Of a stretch of DNA of 64,000 nt, positions 37,821-64,000 are shown piece after piece. The notes under the pieces were generated by a model. It searched no databases. It was not told where the DNA came from and worked only from the letters and a program-made list of their open reading frames with translations. Source of the stretch: Narcine bancroftii (taxonomy: Eukaryota); assembly GCF_036971445.1 (NCBI RefSeq), contig NC_091479.1, positions 105,648,001 through 105,712,000 of the forward strand, written 5' to 3'. A program made the translations under genes and the position numbers. The stretch's first letter is position 1; every line of letters begins with the position of its first letter.

Positions 37821-37909
37821 CAACCCCGGACCCCTTCCCCGCGCAGCTGCCACTGGCCGGACCGTTTGTCCGGGACGCGCGGTTCCGGGAACAGGTTTGC
37901 GGGACGGAC

Positions 37910-56622
<18,713 letters not shown>

Positions 56623-56671
56623 TGAGCCTTGGCCAGGCAGCTTGGAGTGATTGACCTGCCAGCAATGCCTT

Positions 56672-57680
56672 TATAAGACCATAAGACATAGGAGCCCATC
56701 GAGTCTGCCCCACCATTTAATCATGAGCTGATCCATTTCCCCACTCAGGCCCACTGCCAGGCCTTCTCCCCATAACCTTTGATGTCCTGGCTAAACAAGA
56801 ACTGATCAATCTCTACTTTAAATACACCCAATGACCTGGCCTCCACAACCACCTGCAACAACAAATTCTGCAGATTCACCGCCCTCTGGCTGAAGAAATT
56901 CCTCCACATCTCTAAGTGGATTCCCTTCAATCCTGAAGTTGTTCCTACGTCCTAGATTATCCCACCATGGAAAAGAACCTTCTACATCTACTCTGACCAT
57001 GCCTTTCAACATTCAAAATGTTTCCGTGAGATTCCCCTTCATTCTAACTTCCAACATCTACAGACAAGCTGTCAAATGCTCCTTACAAGTTAACCCTTTC
57101 ATTCTGGAATCATCCTTGTGAACCTCCTTTGAATCCTCAGCAATATTAGCACATTTCTTCTTAGATGAAGAGCCCAAACCTGCTCACAATCCTCAATGGG
57201 CCTCACCAGGGCCTCAATATCACATCCCTGCTCTTGGATCTTATTTCTCTTGAAAATTTCTTTCTTTGGCTTGGCTTCGCGGACGAAGATTTATGGAGGG
57301 GGTAAAAAAGTCCACGTCAGCTGCAGGCTCGTTTGTGGCTGACCAGTCCGATGCGGGACAGGCAGACACGATTGCAGCGGTTGCAAGGGAAAATTGGTTG
57401 GTTGGGGTTGGGTGTTGGGTTTTTCCTCCTTTGCCTTTTGTCAGTGAGGTGGGCTCTGCGGTCTTCTTCAAAGGAGGCTGCTGCCCGCCAAACTGTGAGG
57501 CGCCAAGATGCACGGTTTGAGGCGTTATCAGCCCACTGGCGGTGGTCAATGTGGCAGGCACCAAGAGATAATGCCACAGCTTTGCATTTGCCTTCTTCAC
57601 CACTGACTCAACCTGCAAGTTTACCTTTAGCTATCCTGCTCGAGGACTCCCAGATCCCTTTGCATCTGGGCATTTGTTCA
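56672..57680 (-). mobile_element. CR1 LINE 3' part interrupted by an RTE fragment (about 57259-57568)
   Basis: CR1 tail plus RTE ORF end (NRASWRLTVWRAAASFEEDRR...CNRCNRVCLSRIGLVSHKRAC). Confidence 0.8.
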
Positions 57681-59477
57681 CTGTGTTGTTGCCATCAGAG
57701 GCACTGTGGAAGGTGCTCAGAAAAGGTTTGCAAGGGTGATACCAGAATAGTGAGGTTGTAGCCACCGAGGAAAGTTAAACCAGGTGGGTGGAACTCCTTT
57801 TGACAGGAGTCTTTAAGCTTGCATGTTAGCTTGATGGGCTCTTCTCAGTATGGGTGACACAAACCAGAGGCCATGAAAACCAGACCTGAACCAATAAATC
57901 TAGGAAGAGCATTGGGGCAGGAGTATGCCAGATGGCCACCTAGCCTGCTCTGCTGACTTGATCATGGACACAGCTCCACCTACCTACCCATTCCTCATTA
58001 CCCCTACTGTTCAAGAATTAATCCATAACTTAGGAGAAGCACCTTTATCCAGTGAAGAGTGAGAATGTAGAGTTTTTCCACAGGGAGAGGTGAGGGAACA
58101 GCAGAGGTGTTTGGGGGGCATCTGGATAAATACATAGATCAAAATAGGAGGAGCTGCTGGCCTGTGGAACAGAACTAGTGCAGACCAGGAGGTGACTCAA
58201 GACCATGCTTGAATCTAGAACTCTGGAGGAAGGCAGCATGTCAGGCGGCTTCTGTGGTGGCAAAGGGACAGTTGACATTTCAGGTCAAGACCCTGCATCA
58301 GGCCTGGAGTGTAGAGGGAGATGGCCTAGAGGTGGGAGGGAGGGGTTAGACAGGGGCTGGTCGTGATTATGTAGGTGGAACCAGAAGATGTGGGGAATGG
58401 TGTGAGGTGGAAGAGTGGGAGAGGGAAGGTAGAGACGATGACTGGAAGATGATGAGTGAAACCAGATGAGGGATGATGCGCAGATGGAAGAGGGGAGCGG
58501 AAACCCAGGTGGACAGGTATGTGGGTGATGAGCAGATGAAACCATAGGGGACAAGGACAGGAATCTTGAATAGGGGAGGGTTGGGATAGAAAAGGTGGCG
58601 AGAGGACGTGGGAGTTCAGTGGAATATGAGGTGCTGTTCTTGCCCAAAAGCTCAGTTTCAATGCTATAAATATTATAACTTTGTCAGTTCAACCTTGGAT
58701 GAAAATCCAAGGGTTTGGAATGTTGGTTGGGTTCAGTTGGACAGGAGAATCTGCAAACCATAGATCAGAAATCTGGTGCCAGATCCAGAGCCTAGCATCT
58801 GTAAACCCTCAGCCTTTCTCAGCTCTGGCTCAGTATGAGACTTGGTGCTTGTTCCATTAACTATCTCACAGAGGTTACAAAAGCAACCCTCAGCTTCAGT
58901 TCCGTCCTGAACTGTCTGGAGGCTTTGATTGAACAATGTAATTTTTCTTTGATATGATTTAATATTTATAAGAACATAGAACACAACACACAGTACAGGC
59001 CTTTCAGCCCTCAATGTTGTTCCAACCCATATATTCCTTTAAAAAAAAAGTACTAAACCCTTCTTACCCCGTAACCCTCTATTTTTATTCCATCCATGTG
59101 CCCATCTAAAAAGTACCCGTCATGTTTCAGCCTCCACCACCACCCCTGGCCAGGCATTCCAGACATTCACAACTCTCTGTAAAAAAAAACCTTACCTCTG
59201 ACTTCTCCCCTAAACTTCCCTCCCTTCACTTTGTACTTCTATCCTCTGGTGTTTGCTATTCCTGCCCTGGGAAACAGGCACTGGCTGTCCACTCTTTCTC
59301 TGCCTTTCAGAACCTTGTAGATCTCTATTAAGTCTCCTCTGATCTTTCTACGCTCCAAAGAGAAAAGTCCCAGCTCTGCTAACTTGCCTCATAAAACTTG
59401 TTTTCCAATCCAGACAGCATCCTGGTAAATCTCTTCACCCTCTCCACAGTTTCAACATGACCTCTCAATTCTTGAAT

Positions 59478-60095
59478 TCTTCTTCTTTCTTTGGCTTGGC
59501 TTCGCGGATGAAGATTTATGGAGGGGGTAAAAAGTCCACGTCAGCTGCAGGCTCGTTTGTGGCTGACAAGTCCGATGCGGGACAAGCAGGCACTATTGAA
59601 GCGGTTGCAAGGGGAAATTGGTGGGTTGGGGTTGGGTGTTGGGTTTTTCCTCCTTTGTCTTTTGTCAGTGAGGTGGGCTCTGCGGTCTTCTTCAAAGGAG
59701 GTTGCTGCCCGCCAACTGTGAGGCGCCAAGATGCACGGTTGGAGGTGATATCAGCCCACTGGTGGTGGTCAATGTGGCAGGCACCAAGAGATTTCTTTAG
59801 GCAGTCTTTGTACCTCTTCTTTGGTGCACCTCTGTCTCGATGGCCAGTGGAGAGCTCACCATATAACACGATCTTGGGAAGGCGATGGTCCTCCATTCTG
59901 GAGACGTGACCTACCCAGCGCAGTTGGATCTTCAGCAGCATGGATTCGATGCTTGCGGATTCTGCCAGCTCGAGTACTTCGATTTTGGTGATGAAGTCAT
60001 TCCAATGAATATTGAGGATGGAGCGGAGACAGTGCTGGTGGAAGCGTTCTAGGAGCCGTAGGTGATGCCGGTAGAGGACCCATGATTCGGAAACT
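59478..60095 (-). mobile_element. RTE-clade LINE 3' fragment
   Basis: QLRWVGHVSRMEDHRLPKIVLYGEL...APKKRYKDCLK; (GAA)n tail. Confidence 0.85.
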
Positions 60096-61602
60096 GAGGT
60101 CCTCCATTCTTGAATTCAATCACCCTATTAATGGACCCCAGCATCCCATGAGACCTTCTTAACTATCCTATCAACCTATGGTGACCTAGAGAGATGTATG
60201 GATTTTGACGTTAAGGTCCCCTCTGTTCATCTATGCTCTTAAGTAACCGATCGTTAACCCTGTGCTCAGCCTTCTGGTTTGTCCTTCCAAAATGCATCAC
60301 CTCACACTTATTCGGATCGAACTCCATCTGCCACTTTTCCGCCCAACTCTGCATCCTGTCCATATCTTTTTGTAACCTTCGACAACCATCCACACTCCTC
60401 TATATCATAGAATTATAAACATTACAGCACAGAAACAGACCCCTTCAGCCCTTCTAGTCCATACCTGTCTAACCTTTCCCTGGAACTCAGTCCCTGAAGT
60501 CCAGAAACATCCTAGTAAATCTCTGCACTCTTTCTATCTTATTGATAGCTTTCCTGTAGTTAGGAAACTTACTGACCTCTTCATCTAGGTCATTTATAAA
60601 AATCATAAAGAGCGGGGGTCCCAGAAGTTCAGGTCCCTGTGGAACTCCATAAGTGATGCAAAAGATACCATATATGCTGTTGTATTGGATGAATCTCGAA
60701 ACTTAAAATTTTCACCTTAAATCAAGGTCGTCCTGTACAAAGAATCTAAAATTCTTCCCTTGACGATGAAGACTCAACACCACCACCATCTTCCTGCTGG
60801 CTCTGATGTGATCTCGCGCATGGCCCATTATTGATCAGCAAAGTCTCAGCACTCCTCCACGGGGTCCAACTGCCTGGTGCCACTGCTGTCAGCTCTGTAC
60901 AGGTTTTAAGCCACCTGTTACAGGAGCCGACAGTGATTTATTTTGAAATATCCAAATAAAATTTAAACCCTTAAATGATCATTTGTTATTAAAATATTGT
61001 GATTTGCTTTTTAACAGCATCCACTGGTCAGGCATAAGTGCCAATTTTTTTTGGGGGGGGGTGGGCTGGGGTGTTGACTTATTCAAAGGGTATCTCTCAT
61101 TTTAGGTTGAAATTCCACGGTCCTCCTATACAATGGCATATACAGTATCTCCAGATAGAGACTATAACTAGTATGACAGGATGGTCACTGGGTCACACCT
61201 GTCAGCATCTATAATTATAATCAAATAAAACCCTCTATGGAATAGCTGGTGGTTCCATTCATGTGATATGGAGACACTGCACTTGTAGTATAAGTGGAAG
61301 CATTTAAAACATTCTCTGGTTTCTGCCAACACTTCAGATGCTGAGAGAAGACTCTTTGTCACAACAGGGAAGGGAGCTCACCCAATGCGCTAACCTCTCT
61401 TTGTTTCTGCTTTATTTTTGCAATGTTCCAATTCGAATAATATTCCCTGTCTTCTTGTGCGTGTCCTTCAAGGTACAGTTAAGTAAGAATAACATTTATT
61501 TCTGTTGGAGTTAATATTACAAAAGTAGTGTTTCTATTTAGATTTCGTTATGATATGCTTTAATACGGAACTAAATATAGCTAGTTTAAAAGGGGTTGCT
61601 TT

Positions 61603-61860
61603 GGGCAGAACCGTTGGTGTAGCAGTCAGTGCAACGCCTTTACAGCGCCAGTGACCGGGACCTGGGTTCGAATCCCAAACTGTTTGTAAGGAGTTTGTAC
61701 CTTCTCCCTGTGTCTGCGTGGGTTTTCCCCCAAGGCTCTGGTTTCCTCCCACTGTTCAAATCATACCAGGGGTGTAGATTAATTGGGCGGTACAGACTTG
61801 TAGGCCGAAATGGCCTGTTACCGTGCTGTGTGTAAAAAAAATAATAATAATAAAATAACT
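61603..61860 (+). mobile_element. V-SINE/HE1-like SINE
   Basis: GGTTCGAATCC B-box, core, (AAT)n tail. Confidence 0.82.
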
Positions 61861-63274
61861 AGCAACCTTGCAACCCACTTGATAAATCCTCTTTCTAATA
61901 AATATCTAAAGAAGTGCAGATAATCTGCACCCTTTCATTCAGCCTGTTTGACAGCCTTATCTTAATCTCCAGCTTCCACTTTTCCAAGTCTCTTGTGACA
62001 TTCCCTCTGAGTAAATATGTCCATATTTCTATCTCTATTATAAATGGTTACACTGGTCAGCACATGCTGTGTTTTTTTTTATTGGGCTGTTTTATTCCCT
62101 TGTACAAAGGATTTTCGATGTTTAAAGTCTTGCAGCTTCTTTCCTTACACATTGTGAACAATTCCGCAATGCAACTGGCGTCCCCATAGTAACCCATTCT
62201 TTCACCGATCAACACCAGAATCCAGTTAGCCAGTTGAAAAAAAATGCCCCTGCACCAGGCCATGACCGTGAAAAGAAAGCCCTGATTTTCTCCACTCCTT
62301 TGAAAATTCCATCAACCATGGTCAGCAGCATCTTCGTCCATGGTCAATCTCTTTCAACTTTTTCCCCATCTAACCACTCTTTCCAAGAAGTGTTATAAAA
62401 AATAAATACTTTTAGGTAGGTTAAAACCTTGGGTGCAGCTTGGTCCTCTCTCTTGGCTCGCCCCCTCCTCACCATCCAGCTCATGTACCTCCTGCGTTTA
62501 GCTTCAACCCCTCTATCATTGCACACTGCAGTATTCTCAGTACTGTTCTGATAAACTGTACTCAAACTCTCATGTCTGAGCTCCACCCTTCCTAAACGTG
62601 AGTCAGTCAAAGCTCTTGCATGTGCCCAGTGTTGCAACAAGTCTTGTTCACCTGTTACCCATGATCTCACTGACCAACATTGTCTCCACATCCACCAATC
62701 CCTTGCTTTTACATTGTCATCTCCTCTCCCCTTTCTCTGTAGTTCCCTGCAAGTTTACTCCTCTCAGAGGTACCTCTGCCTTTCTGATTCCAGTCTGTTC
62801 TGTGTCTGTGATTTCATCTGTCAATAAGGCCAAACCTCATTAAAGAGATCTTTCCTCTTTCCTGTGATTTTGTCATCAAGTTTGTGATGGGGCTAAATCT
62901 TTTCATCTGTACCTTTACCGTCATCACCTATAGCCGGGAATATTTGTGACTTGGCTTTTTACAAGATGTCCACAATAAATGATGAAGAGAAGATTATGCT
63001 GTCAGAAATTCAGTGCCCACTGTCTGACATGTACACAAGGCTGCTTAAAGCCACTTGTGTTTCTTTAGACCTCATTGTGAATGAAAAGGAACTCAGAATC
63101 TTACGTGGACTTCAGCAGGTGAGTTAGTTCTCTCCTACCCATTTTCAGTACTGACTATCTGTTTGGACATTCACACGGAAATCATTTCATTAGTAGAAAT
63201 GCAGGAGGAACTCGGCCCGTCTCGCAGTGTCCGTAGGAGGTAAAGGTATATTACCAATGTTTCGGGCCTGAGCC

Positions 63275-64000
63275 CTTTTTAAAATTTTTTATTTTTCACA
63301 CCATAAATCACATTAGCCATGATACACACTTTTTCCTTTTCACACATATACAGTGCCATTTTCTCCCCCCCACCTCCCTCCTCCCAACCCACCCCCCCCA
63401 CCCCTCCCCTCCCATCCATTTAAGGTATACAATCTAGGATATATTAAACCAGTCAGACAATGTTGTCACTCAACAAAAATACACCAGAAATTCTACTGAG
63501 TCCATTCTTTTCTTTCCTTCTCCTTCCATCAACTTAGGTAATGAGTGTCCCCGGTAGGTTTTCTCTATTGTGTTTCATGTAAGGCTCCCATATTTGTTCG
63601 AATATTTCAATATTATTTCTTAAACTATATGTTATTTTTTCTAATGGAATACATTTATTCATTTCTATATACCATTGTTGTATTTTCAAATTATCTTCCA
63701 ATTTCCAGGTTGACATAATACATTTTTTTGCTACGGCTAGAGTTATCTTAACAAATCTTTTTTTGTGCATCCTCCAAATCAATTCCAAATTCTTTGTTTT
63801 TTCTGTTACTTAGGAGAAAGATCTCTGGATTCTTTGGTATATTGTTTTCTGTTATTTTATTTAATATCTGATTGAGATCTTCCCAAAATTTTTCTACTTT
63901 CTCACATGTCCAGATTGCATGAATTGTTGTTCCCATTTCTTTTTTACATCGAAAACATCTATCAGATACTGTTGGGTCCCATTTATTTAACTTTTGAGGT
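63275..64000 (-). mobile_element. L1-clade LINE 3' end
   Basis: CFRC...GTTIHAIWTCEKVEKFW zinc-knuckle region of ORF2, G-rich 3'UTR and A-rich tail. Confidence 0.82.

Overview
Eukaryotic, intron-rich vertebrate DNA, most likely a cartilaginous fish (inferred from V-SINE/HE1-type SINEs, CR1 LINEs and Penelope-derived repeats). Four genes were reconstructed by hand from splice sites and recalled homology. They are the last two coding exons of PPFIBP1 (+), a complete 9-exon NADH-cytochrome b5 reductase (CYB5R3-like, -, 300 aa), a XendoU-type poly(U) endoribonuclease (endou2-like, +, 6 coding exons, about 285 aa), and exons 1-11 of POLR3B (+). CYB5R3 and the EndoU gene appear to share a bidirectional CpG-island promoter, followed by a ~2 kb G-quadruplex-prone 28-bp tandem array. 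The most notable unexplained signals are a compact 5-6 hairpin element with a possible kissing loop in an EndoU intron (30408-30574), a 164-bp-arm fold-back with a third inverted copy (21394-22022), a +1 frameshift removing the conserved PPFIBP1 C-terminus, and degenerate Penelope-type hammerhead motifs. No database searches or folding programs were run, and homology statements are from memory.
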